A stretch of 64,000 bases of DNA from Dehalococcoidia bacterium (lineage in GTDB: Bacteria > Chloroflexota > Dehalococcoidia > Plut-88900): positions 2,400,001 through 2,464,000 of the forward strand of contig OZ240219.1 in NCBI GenBank assembly GCA_965197645.1, written 5' to 3'. Position 1 is the first letter of the stretch. Each line of letters starts with the position of its first letter. The position numbers and the translations under genes are program-made. Shown here piece by piece: positions 29,115 through 38,111 of the stretch. The notes under the pieces are model-generated. The model was given only the letters and a program-made list of their open reading frames with translations, did no database searches and had not been told where the DNA came from.

Positions 29115-29323
29115 AACGTGGTGTCTGTTAGGTCGTCGTCGTCGAGCCAGCCGTACTTGCGGCATAGACGGACCCAAAGTCGCTGGGTATTAGCGGTATC
29201 GCGCCTGGCTTCCACCGACATGTCCGTAAGGCGAATCTGTAAACCGGCTAAAGTAGCCTGAACTATTTCCATTCTGTCCACACGGCCCTCCAACTTGTCC
29301 ATGGGTTCATCTGCCATCGTCAT
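29111..29323 (-). CDS. Small hypothetical protein, coiled-coil-like with an acidic tail (70 aa)
   Basis: AGGAGG RBS upstream; heptad-like LEGRVDRME..LAGLQIRL; translationally coupled to the downstream gene. Confidence 0.6.
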   Translation of the reverse strand: MTMADEPMDKLEGRVDRMEIVQATLAGLQIRLTDMSVEARRDTANTQRLWVRLCRKYGWLDDDDLTDTTL

Positions 29324-29335
29324 AGTGTACCTCCT

Positions 29336-30055
29336 CTACTCCGGTATGACGGGGGCGGTGATAACGTTGGCTTCGCCGTGGCCGGAGAAGGTAATCACCA
29401 CATCGATGTGGTGGTCCGGCCCACAATCGGCTGGGTCGTAGGATTCTGATCTGGCTTGAAGGATGGCCCCCGATGAATCTATCCAGTACTCGTAATTCTC
29501 GTAGGTGCCGGATGGTCCTCCAACCACCGTATCGTCAAAGTATGCCTTGTAGTGCTTGACCGAGGTGTTGTCGTCCCCGATGGTGGCCGTCCCTAGGTAC
29601 TGGACATCGGACAGGGGCCAGACGCCGCAGAAGGTGGAGGACGGCGGGTCTATCGATCTGGCTCCCGACTCTCCACCAGCCGCTTCATCGCTATCACTAG
29701 CAGCGCTGCCCGCCGGTGTGCGGGGTTGCGTGACATTCCAAGGTCCCCATGCGCCCTGGGCATCCCTCTCGCGGGTGTAGATGATTCGGTCGACCAGGAT
29801 CATTTCAAACGCTGGGGGGCTACCCTCCAAAGCATTCAGTTGGTGCCAGGCGTCGCCGTCCAGGCGGACCGTGATGACCGATTAGTATGTTGTATCGCCT
29901 TGTCTATCCGTCCCGTTGGCTGTAAAGTCGACCGACCGAACCTTCCCGGCCTGGGCGCAGGCGTCACCGACGACGGCTGCCGCATCGACGGCTGTCGCGC
30001 AGCCGAGTATCTGCAGCCCAATGAATAAGCCAATGACCGCGCCGATCCACTTCAT
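29336..30055 (-). pseudogene. Lipoprotein paralog interrupted by an in-frame TAA at 29884-29882
   Basis: Manual translation: MKWIGAVIGLFIGLQILGC..VGDAC..VDFTANGTDRQGDTTY*SVITVRLDGDAWHQ..; continues in frame into ORF 29336-29830 and aligns with 28377-29114 throughout. Confidence 0.8.
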
Positions 30056-30087
30056 AATCATCCTTCACACTCCTTCTCTGCTATGCC

Positions 30088-30381
30088 TTACACGGGGCAG
30101 GTCTTCATCACATAGCTGGCGCTGTCCGAGTAGGGGCTCCACGCAGCCAAGTAGTCGGTGCTATTCCCCATCGCTCTCACCCGCAGCTCAAGGGTCGTGC
30201 CGCAAGCCGGCGCCGGGACAGTGTAGCCGGTGGCCGTGCCGAGCACCGATGTTGTAACCACCGTCCAATCCCCGTCGCTGATGCGCTTGGCGACCTCATA
30301 TGACCGGACTCTGCTCTGTGCATCCCAGCTGAGGGTGATGACGGGGGCGGTTACGATAGCTGGGTTCGGGCATGAGGCTGC
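30088..30381 (-). pseudogene. Fibronectin type III-like domain with no start codon at its 5' end, in frame after the TAA of 30382-31257
   Basis: 97 open codons: AASCPNPAIVTAPVITLSWDAQSRVRSYEVAKRISDGDWTVV..TGYTVPAPACGTTLELRVRAMGN..AWSPYS..CPV*; shows the FN3 W/Y/L-x-V-x-A pattern. Confidence 0.65.
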
Positions 30382-31257
30382 TTACTCTTTCGGTGCTACC
30401 AACTCTCTGATCTGCTCCTCGGTCGCACCGGCCTGCCTCAGCTGATCCGTCAGCACCTCCCGCAGCTCATCCGGCAACTCGTCGAAGTCGAGTCCGTCCA
30501 TAAATTCCAACAGATCTGAAAGGTTCGGCGGCGACACCGGCGTCGGAGTAACATTCGGGTTGGGAAGATGGTTCGGCTCGCCCAGGCCGCTGAAAACGGC
30601 ATGCAGGGCCGTCGCCTCGTCGGGTTGGCCTTCTATGGGGGCGTGTACGAGCAGGTAGGACACCTTGACCAGGTAGCCCTTGTCGTCAATCCAGATGACC
30701 CAGTCCCACTCCTTGGCGAGCTCCCCCTGCTCGGGCAGGATGTTCGTCTTCTCGCCAGTGATGTTAAGCGCGGTGAACTTCTTGGTGGGCTTGCCCTCGA
30801 CCGTCTCAGTGCCGATGTAGGTGAAGTACTCCAGATTGTCGATGCAGAGGTCCTCGACCCTGTAGGGAAAGGTGAGGGCGTTCCTGGTCTTATCCCTGAT
30901 CCACTCCCACTCCCCGCCGTCCATGCGGGAGTAAACGGTCCCATCCCTGTATACCTTTTCCCACTTTTTAGCATCGCCCTGGCGAGGGTGATAGGTGTGG
31001 TAAGAGTCCCCTGAGATGAACCTGTACATCTCTGCGGACTTGGTTACCCTGCCGTCCTCCAGGGCTTCGCCGTAGATACGGACGTCGTAGTCGGTGATAG
31101 GTGCAGCCTTCTGGCAGGCCTGGTCCCGTGCATCAACCTCGATGAACTGGTCATCGCCGGGGAGTGCCCACCAAGCCAGCCCGCCACCCACGGCGGCCAG
31201 GACTACGACCAGCCTGGCCAACCACATCCGGTAGCTGTTCGAAAGTAAACGGCTCAT
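30382..31257 (-). CDS. Membrane-anchored hypothetical protein, distant member of the same lipoprotein-like family
   Basis: N-terminal TM segment; motifs DQAC, YIGTETVEG..KKF, IWIDDKGYL, FSGLGEPN. Confidence 0.7.
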   Translation of the reverse strand: MSRLLSNSYRMWLARLVVVLAAVGGGLAWWALPGDDQFIEVDARDQACQKAAPITDYDVRIYGEALEDGRVTKSAEMYRFISGDSYHTYHPRQGDAKKWEKVYRDGTVYSRMDGGEWEWIRDKTRNALTFPYRVEDLCIDNLEYFTYIGTETVEGKPTKKFTALNITGEKTNILPEQGELAKEWDWVIWIDDKGYLVKVSYLLVHAPIEGQPDEATALHAVFSGLGEPNHLPNPNVTPTPVSPPNLSDLLEFMDGLDFDELPDELREVLTDQLRQAGATEEQIRELVAPKE

Positions 31258-31275
31258 ATCATCTCGCCGGTCTGC

Positions 31276-31560
31276 CTAGGGTCGGTCTAAGTAGTCGGTT
31301 GTCCACCCCTTGATGCGGTTGATCACCGCATTTGTCACATCGCCATGAAAGTAGTCGACAATCTCAATGTATTGCTCTCGGCGTATAGGGATGTTCGGGT
31401 CCAAACCTTCATTGAATGCCGGGATACCATCTATCGATTCAGTGGGTCGCGCATCAATTCTCTGCCCAAGTTGCCAGGAGGTGCTTTTCCCGCGGGTACC
31501 ATTCACAACCTCGGTCCCCACCGTGTACCGGTAGTGGGCGTACGCCTTGAAGTTGGTGGT
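31276..31560 (-). pseudogene. Probable 3' remnant of an unknown gene cut off at the family B repeat
   Basis: Protein-like open frame (TTNFKAYAHYRYTVG..TTDYLDRP*); its predicted N-terminus (YPRDIPSAYSGQALGLPA) is translated repeat sequence. Confidence 0.45.
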
Positions 31561-31665
31561 GGCCGGGAGTCCGAGAGCCTGTCCTGAGTACGCCGAAGGG
31601 ATGTCCCTCGGATACAATTGCTATCTCTTCCTGGTCAGGAAGAGGCCTGGGGGACGGTCGCGAAA
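31561..31665. repeat. Family B repeat, 5'-truncated, with module C insert (31576-31599)
   Basis: GGCCGGGAGTCCGAG-AGCCTGTCCTGAGTACGCCGAAGG-GATGTCCCTCGGA..CTCTTCCTGGTCAGGAAGAG. Confidence 0.8.
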
Positions 31666-31687
31666 GGGGATTCCCGAAGGTCGGCCG

Positions 31688-32812
31688 CTAGTTGAGATCG
31701 AACCCGTAGAGCCGGGCGGCGTTCTCGCCTACGATCTTCCTTTTCTCGTCCCCGGGGATATCTCTGAACGTCCGCTCAATGACCTCTCGAGAGTGGGGGA
31801 ATGTTCCCTCGTCGTGGGGATAGTCGCTGCCCCACAGCAGGCACTCCACACCGGTCACCTCGCGGGTCATCAGTCCGACCAGGTCGTCCCCGAAGGTGGC
31901 GTACCCCTGTCGCTTGAAGTACTCGCTGGGCAGCATCTCCAACCGGGGTGTCTCCCACATGTGCCGCCGGTGGTGGTTATCGTCCATCTGCATCAGCAGC
32001 CAAGAGAGCCAGCCGATGCCCGATTCCACCAGCACGAACTTCAGCCCCGGATGCCGTTGCAAAGCCCCTGAGCCTATCAGCTGTACCATGGGATACATCG
32101 CCTCGGTCATGCCCAGCACCTGGCCTTCCAGGTCATTGGGGAACTGGTCTTCATACGGATCGTCGGATGGTGGAGTTGCCGCCGGTCCCGATGTAAACAC
32201 GTGAAAGGCCAGCGGTACGCCCAGGTCTTCCATTGTGGCCCAGAACGGCTCGTATTCGGGGGAGTTGTAGGACCGGGCGGGCATGGTGACGGGCAGCGAC
32301 ATCGATCGATACCCCATCTTCGCCGTCCGTTGCGCCTCCGCAATTCCGTCATTGATATCGACTATCGGAATCTGCGCCGACACGACGAACCGGTCCGGGT
32401 GTCCTCCGAAGATCTCGTGGTGCCAGTCGTTGTACAGGTTGGCCAGCGCCTTCTGATAGCCCGGGTCCGGCGAGGAGAACTGCTTGAACACAGCCTGGGG
32501 GTAGATCACCTCGGCGCTGACCCCGTCCTTCTCCAGGTCCGCCAGCCGCAGGGGAACGTCGACGCCGCCTTCTCGATGTTGCTGCCGGCCCAGCGCCTCT
32601 CCGTCACGCCAGTACCTCTGCATGTCGTCCTCGTTGAGAGGGTTGGGCGCCTCGATGGCGGTGGGAGGCTGACCCTCGAAGATCAGGTATCTCTTGCCGT
32701 TCCGGGTCTCTTCATGAGGGGCCCGCTCCCGGTACTCGGCCGGAAGTCTTTCGTAGATATCCTGCGGTTCGTTGCTGTGCGAATCCGCCGAGATCACCTT
32801 GTAGTCGGCCAT
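31688..32812 (-). CDS. Amidohydrolase family protein, paralog 2
   Basis: Motifs ISADSH, LAFH, LVESGIGW, WGSDYPHDEGTFP. Confidence 0.9.
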   Translation of the reverse strand: MADYKVISADSHSNEPQDIYERLPAEYRERAPHEETRNGKRYLIFEGQPPTAIEAPNPLNEDDMQRYWRDGEALGRQQHREGGVDVPLRLADLEKDGVSAEVIYPQAVFKQFSSPDPGYQKALANLYNDWHHEIFGGHPDRFVVSAQIPIVDINDGIAEAQRTAKMGYRSMSLPVTMPARSYNSPEYEPFWATMEDLGVPLAFHVFTSGPAATPPSDDPYEDQFPNDLEGQVLGMTEAMYPMVQLIGSGALQRHPGLKFVLVESGIGWLSWLLMQMDDNHHRRHMWETPRLEMLPSEYFKRQGYATFGDDLVGLMTREVTGVECLLWGSDYPHDEGTFPHSREVIERTFRDIPGDEKRKIVGENAARLYGFDLN

Positions 32813-32908
32813 AGCAGGTCCTCTCCGAAAGTCCTAGTCAACCGGTGGCGCTGGCCCTTAGGAGTCATGGCAGGAATTCACCATCCTGATGAAAACCGAC
32901 CCCATCAG

Positions 32909-34090
32909 CTAGTTCACCCTCTGGAACACGGAAGCCACTCCCTGGCCACCGCCCACGCACATCGTCACCAGGCCCAACTCGCCACCTGTCCGCTCGAGCT
33001 CGTCCATCAGCTTCACCGTCATTATGGCGCCGGTGGCCCCCACCGGATGTCCTATCGAGATGCCGCTGCCGTTGACGTTGGTCTTGTCCATGTCCAGGTC
33101 CAGCTCCCGGATGCAGTACAGCGCCTGGGCGGCGAAGGCCTCGTTCAGCTCGATCAGATCGATGTCGCTCAACTCCATGCCGGTCTTGTCCAGCAGCTTG
33201 CGGACCGCGGGCACCGGGCCGGTGCCCATCAGCGCCGGGTCCACCCCGGCCACCGCTCGCGCCTTCCACTCGGCCCGCGGGGTAAGGCCCAGCTCTTTAG
33301 CCTTTTCCTCCGACATCAGCACCACGGCCGCGGCGCCATCGTTGATGCCCGATGAGTTCCCCGCCGTCACCGAGCCGTCTTCTTTGAACACTGGACGTAG
33401 GGTGGACAGCCTCTCCAGGGTCGCGTCCGCCCGGGGCTGCTCGTCATTCTCGACCACGATCGGATCGGCCTTGCGCTGGGGCACCGATACCGGCACGTTG
33501 CTGGTGAACCGGCCCTCCTCGATGGCTCGAACCGCTCGCTTGTGGCTCTCCAACGCCAGCTCGTCCTGGTCTTTCCGGCTGACCTCGAATTTGGCGGCCA
33601 CGTTCTCCGCTGTCACACCCATATGGTAGTGATGCACCGGACAGCTGAGCCCGTCCACCAGCAGGTCTTCCACCACGGCGTTGCCCATGCGGAACCCGTC
33701 CCACCGGGATTTGCGCATGGCGTAGGGCGTCTGGCTCATGTTCTCCGTACCGCCGGCCACGACGATGTCCGCCTCGCCGGCGCGTATGAACTGGGCGCCT
33801 ACGTTGATGGCCTCCAGGCCGGAGGAGCACTGCCGGTTGATGGCGATGGCCGGCACCTCTTCGGGCACGCCCGCTCGAAGGGATGATAGGCGGGCGGCGT
33901 ATCCGTTGTCCGCGGTCTGCAGCGCGTTGCCCATGACCACGTCGTCGACATCCTCCGGCTCGATGCCCGCCTTGTCCAGGGCGCCCTTGATCGCTACTGC
34001 GCCCAGGTCAGGCGCTGAAAACGTCTTGAACGATCCCCCAAACCTGCCAACGGGTGTTCTCGCTGCGCTTACGACTACTGCCTTGGTCAT
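32909..34090 (-). CDS. Thiolase (acetyl-CoA C-acyltransferase)
   Basis: Motifs ARTPVG, NRQCSSG, NEAFA, IGHPVGATG, MCVGGGQG. Confidence 0.95.
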   Translation of the reverse strand: MTKAVVVSAARTPVGRFGGSFKTFSAPDLGAVAIKGALDKAGIEPEDVDDVVMGNALQTADNGYAARLSSLRAGVPEEVPAIAINRQCSSGLEAINVGAQFIRAGEADIVVAGGTENMSQTPYAMRKSRWDGFRMGNAVVEDLLVDGLSCPVHHYHMGVTAENVAAKFEVSRKDQDELALESHKRAVRAIEEGRFTSNVPVSVPQRKADPIVVENDEQPRADATLERLSTLRPVFKEDGSVTAGNSSGINDGAAAVVLMSEEKAKELGLTPRAEWKARAVAGVDPALMGTGPVPAVRKLLDKTGMELSDIDLIELNEAFAAQALYCIRELDLDMDKTNVNGSGISIGHPVGATGAIMTVKLMDELERTGGELGLVTMCVGGGQGVASVFQRVN

Positions 34091-34149
34091 GATCTCTCCT
34101 ATCTCCCCCGACGCGGGTCCCTCAGGCCTATTGTGTGTGCTTTAGCGTC

Positions 34150-34207
34150 ATTGTCGGAGCTTGAGTTTGCCCTGTCAAGCAGACGACCCACGACTGCTAT
34201 AATGCCC
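34150..34207. promoter_or_regulatory. Divergent promoters for the thiolase and MFS genes
   Basis: Minus: TTGACA (34178-34173), 17 nt, GACAAT (34155-34150). Plus: extended -10 TGCTATAAT (34195-34203). Confidence 0.55.
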
Positions 34208-34246
34208 ATCTTTCCTTGGGACCGGTGAAGCGAAAGCTGGAGCTGC

Positions 34247-35497
34247 GTGCAACACAGGACCACAATCCCCAAATACCGATGGGTGGTCATCGGCATCCTC
34301 ACTGCCACCGAATCAGTGAACGATTCCGTGATAATGCTCCTTGGGCTTCTTCTCCCGGATATCTCCCGAGACCTGGACCTGTCCCCCGCCGAACAGGGGA
34401 TTCTGGGATCATCGCCCCTCTTTGTCGCCCTGGTGCTCTCAATCCCGGTCAACAACCTCGTATCCAGGTTCAGGCCCTGGCGAGTTGTCAGCATCTCCTT
34501 CGTCGCCTTCGCAGGGTTTACCGTTCTCCAGGGCCTTTCTCCCGATTTCTGGACGATGATCATGGGTCGGACCGGAATGGGACTCTCCTTCATCATCTTC
34601 GCCGGGCCGTGCGCCATGTTGGTCCAGCAGTGGTCCGTTCGCGGCCGACAGGGTGTTACCAACGGGGTCCGGTTCCTGGGCTCAGACCTGGTCCTGAGCG
34701 GCGTCTTCTTCATCACCCCGTTCATGCTCTCCTGGATGGACAGCTGGCGCGGCGTGCTGTACTTGTGGAGTGGCATCAGCCTGGCCCTGAGCATCTTCTG
34801 GATCGTCTTTGGACGCGAGAACATCACCGACGTCTACGAAGAGGAGATGGCATCTCAAGAGGAGACCCCGCTTCGAAGCATACTGAAGTACAGGGCGCTA
34901 TGGATAATCGGCTTCGGCCTGGCGGCCGGCTTCCTGGTGGAGATAGCCTTCGGTGTGTTCTGGCCCACCTTCGCCCAGGAGGTGCGTGGGATATCTACGG
35001 TGGTTATCGGCATAACCCTGGGCCTCACCTTCCTCGCCGCTGCCCCGTGTGAGCTGGCCGCGACCACCGTACCCCTCTTCGTGCGACATAAGTACTGGGT
35101 CATCGCCGTCTGCGGTCTCGGGTCATGCGCCGTCCATCTAGCCCTCCTCTACACCGGCTCCACGCCTTTGCTGTTGGGGCTTGCCGCCGGCAGGGGAGTG
35201 AGCTTCTCCTTCGCGCCGATACTCTACACTATGGTGTTCCAGCTCCCCGGCATAAGGCCGCGTGAGATCGCTGTGGCCACGGCCTTTGTCGAGACCCTGA
35301 GTTTGCTGGGTGATGTTATCGGCCCCCTGCTGGTCGGCTTCCTTCAAGAGGCCACAGGGGACCTCAAGCTCTCTCTATTCGTCATCACCTTCGCTCCACT
35401 GGTCCTCATCCCCGCCGGTTTGTTGCTGTGGGGCCTCGGTAACAGTGATCAAGACACCCTTGAACCGCGCTCCTCTCAATCCCCTGAGGCAGGCTAG
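34247..35497 (+). CDS. MFS transporter, paralog 1
   Basis: YRWVV start, about 12 hydrophobic segments, IGPLLVGFLQEATGD, shared LPGIRPRE motif. Confidence 0.85.
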   Translation: MQHRTTIPKYRWVVIGILTATESVNDSVIMLLGLLLPDISRDLDLSPAEQGILGSSPLFVALVLSIPVNNLVSRFRPWRVVSISFVAFAGFTVLQGLSPDFWTMIMGRTGMGLSFIIFAGPCAMLVQQWSVRGRQGVTNGVRFLGSDLVLSGVFFITPFMLSWMDSWRGVLYLWSGISLALSIFWIVFGRENITDVYEEEMASQEETPLRSILKYRALWIIGFGLAAGFLVEIAFGVFWPTFAQEVRGISTVVIGITLGLTFLAAAPCELAATTVPLFVRHKYWVIAVCGLGSCAVHLALLYTGSTPLLLGLAAGRGVSFSFAPILYTMVFQLPGIRPREIAVATAFVETLSLLGDVIGPLLVGFLQEATGDLKLSLFVITFAPLVLIPAGLLLWGLGNSDQDTLEPRSSQSPEAG

Positions 35498-35503
35498 GCT
35501 GCT

Positions 35504-35516
35504 TGCTATAATGCCC
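35504..35516 (+). promoter_or_regulatory. Extended -10 element duplicated with the MFS gene
   Basis: TGCTATAATGCCC is identical to 34195-34207. Confidence 0.55.
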
Positions 35517-35548
35517 CTGGTTCCCTGAGAAGCGTGAACCGGAGCGAT

Positions 35549-36793
35549 ATGCAGCAGACGACCACAATTCCCAACTACCGATGGGTGGTGATGTCCATCC
35601 TCACCAGCGCCCAGGGAATCAACTTCTCGGCTATTATGCTTCTGGGCATCTTTCTCCCTGAAATCGTCGATGAGATGGACCTCTCTCCCTCGCAACAGGG
35701 CTGGCTCGGCTCATCGTCCATCATAGTAGCCCTTGTCCTGTCGATCCCTTCCAACAACTTCGTCTCTCGCTTCAAACCGAAGCGTGTGACCACTCTCGCC
35801 CTTTTGGGCGCCGCCGGGTTCATGTACGTACAGGCCTGGGCGCCTAGCTTCGCTATACTCTTCCTCGGCCGGATCGGAATAGGCATCTCTTCGATGGTCA
35901 TCCGGGCCCCCAGGGCGATGCTCATCCAGCAGTGGTCCGTTCGGGGTCGCCAGGGTGTAACCAACGGGGCGCTGTTCTTCGGGACGGATATGGTCATGGG
36001 CGCCTCCTTCTTCATAGTGCCTTTCATTTTGGAGTGGACCGGCTCCTGGAGGGACACCGCCTATATCTGGGCCACCGTGAGTCTCGCCTTCGCCCTGGCC
36101 TGGATCATCTTCGGCCGGGAGCGGGTCACCCCGGTATATAGCAACGAGCTGAAGGCCCAGACGGGAAGCCCCTTGCGCAGCATCCTGAAATACAAGGAGC
36201 TATGGATTATAGGAATTGGAATGGGCGGTGGAGTAGTGGCAGAGGTGGCCTTCAGCGTGTTCTGGCCCAAATTTGCGCAGGAGACCCTTGCGGTACCGGC
36301 AGTGATTACCGGGATGATGTTTGGGGTTGCCTTCTTCGCCGCCGCCCCATTCGAGCTGGGGGCCGTGCTTATTCCTTACTTCGTCGATAGAAAGTACTGG
36401 GTGGTAATCGCATCGGCGCTGGCCGCCTTCGGTACCCACGCAGCCCTGCTGTATGTTGGCTCGACGCCCGGGGTCATGGGCCTGGCCGTATCTAAAGGCG
36501 CCTCCCTCGCCTACTGGCCCGTAATGGAGACCATAGTGTTCCAGCTTCCGGGGATCAAGCCCAGGGAGCTGGCCGCCGGCATGGCCTTGGTCGAGACTAT
36601 GATCCTACTGGGCGACGTGATCGGCCCGCTGATGGTCGGGTTCATACAACAGGCCACTGAAGACCTGAGATTCGCCCTGATGGTCACTACTTTCGCTCCG
36701 CTACTTCTGGTGTTGTCCGCTGTCCTGCTGTGGGCAGGGGGCGCGAAGAGCGAGCCGCCCGTAGAAGCGGTACAAACCTCAGGCCGCCCCTAA
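35549..36793 (+). CDS. MFS transporter, paralog 2
   Basis: GGAG before ATG 35549; colinear with paralog 1 (QQWSVRGRQGVTNG, PLRSILKY). Confidence 0.85.
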   Translation: MQQTTTIPNYRWVVMSILTSAQGINFSAIMLLGIFLPEIVDEMDLSPSQQGWLGSSSIIVALVLSIPSNNFVSRFKPKRVTTLALLGAAGFMYVQAWAPSFAILFLGRIGIGISSMVIRAPRAMLIQQWSVRGRQGVTNGALFFGTDMVMGASFFIVPFILEWTGSWRDTAYIWATVSLAFALAWIIFGRERVTPVYSNELKAQTGSPLRSILKYKELWIIGIGMGGGVVAEVAFSVFWPKFAQETLAVPAVITGMMFGVAFFAAAPFELGAVLIPYFVDRKYWVVIASALAAFGTHAALLYVGSTPGVMGLAVSKGASLAYWPVMETIVFQLPGIKPRELAAGMALVETMILLGDVIGPLMVGFIQQATEDLRFALMVTTFAPLLLVLSAVLLWAGGAKSEPPVEAVQTSGRP

Positions 36794-38004
36794 GCGGTCG
36801 AAGCGGCGCGCCGGTCCCAGTGTCGGGGCAGAAGCAGGGCTCCGGCACTCAGAGCCATAGATCCTAAACTGGTAAGCAGCAGCGCCAGCCGCAGGTCATC
36901 GGAGCCCTCTTGAATAGCTCCCGCCAGCGCGGGACCTATGGCCGCTCCGATCCAGATGGCCGTCTGAATGAACGAGTTGGCGACGGCGATCTCTCGAGGC
37001 TTGATCCCCGGCAGCTCGAAGGGTAGGGTCATTACTATGGGAAAGAACCCCCAGGCCAGTCCCCGGGCCATCGATAGCAGCACCAGGTAGGCATAGTTGC
37101 CCGTGAACAACACACCGATTGATGAGACCGTCAAGACGATCCCGCACAACCAGAGGACCAGCTTCCGCTTTCCCGTTCTGTTCACGAACATCCCGAACAG
37201 TACGCCCGCTATCGCAGTTATCACCACGCCTATGGCGGCCAGCACTGCGGTTCCGGTGAGAGACACGCCGTAGGCGTCCAGCATGAAGCTGGGCCAGAAG
37301 ACCCCCGAGGCGGAGAAGTTCACCCCAATGCCGACCATCCCTATGCCCAGAATCCACAGCTCCCTGTAGCGGAGAATGCTCCTCAGCGGGTTCCCTTCCT
37401 GGGCCTCCATCTCGCTTGAGTATTCCGCGCTCTTCCGCTCTCTGCCCAGGACCATCCACTGGAGCGCCATGAAGACGCTGACCCCTCCGAATACGTAGAC
37501 CGTGTATCTCCAGTTATCGTCGAATGCGGCCAGGATGATGGGCGTGATTACGAGACCGGCGCCTATCAGGCCGAAGATCGCCGCGCCCGCTGCGTTGACT
37601 ACTACGATCTCCGACGGCCGGATCCACTGCCTCACCAGCAGCGGTCGAGCAGGCTCCCGGGTTACAACGGTCATGCTAAAGAGCATCCGTCCGATGATCA
37701 GTATGAGATAGGTAGGAGCCCAGCCCTGGAGGAACGTCAGGACCGCGGCGGCTATCAGCGTGACCGTGGTCAGCGGCTTGGGGTTGAACCTAGATAGCAG
37801 CCAGCCCGAGGGAATAGCCAGGATGAGGTTGCCGAATCTAGAGGAGGAGCCAAGCCACCCCTCCTGCACCGGCGTCAGGCCCATGTCCGCTCTCATACTG
37901 GGCAGCAGAAAGCCCAAACTCTCCAGAACTATGAACGTCCAGACATGAGCTATCATCCAGGTGGTCATCACCACCGAGCGATAGGAGGAGGCTTTACTTT
38001 CCAA
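36790..38004 (-). CDS. MFS transporter, paralog 3 (convergent, stop codons overlap)
   Basis: Motifs PLRSILRYRELWILG, ELPGIKPREIA; TTG start. Confidence 0.85.
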   Translation of the reverse strand: MESKASSYRSVVMTTWMIAHVWTFIVLESLGFLLPSMRADMGLTPVQEGWLGSSSRFGNLILAIPSGWLLSRFNPKPLTTVTLIAAAVLTFLQGWAPTYLILIIGRMLFSMTVVTREPARPLLVRQWIRPSEIVVVNAAGAAIFGLIGAGLVITPIILAAFDDNWRYTVYVFGGVSVFMALQWMVLGRERKSAEYSSEMEAQEGNPLRSILRYRELWILGIGMVGIGVNFSASGVFWPSFMLDAYGVSLTGTAVLAAIGVVITAIAGVLFGMFVNRTGKRKLVLWLCGIVLTVSSIGVLFTGNYAYLVLLSMARGLAWGFFPIVMTLPFELPGIKPREIAVANSFIQTAIWIGAAIGPALAGAIQEGSDDLRLALLLTSLGSMALSAGALLLPRHWDRRAASTA

Positions 38005-38111
38005 CTAAATGAATACCCGGCGCGCCTTTCGGCTTCGATGATACAACACCCCGCCTCTTGACTGGCGGCGATTTCCAGTCAAAATGGATGGTCGATGTGG
38101 AGAACAGGCTG

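Noticed and set aside
28377-31257. Diversity-generating retroelement target/template pair
   Set aside because: There is no reverse transcriptase, and paralog differences are not adenine-specific.
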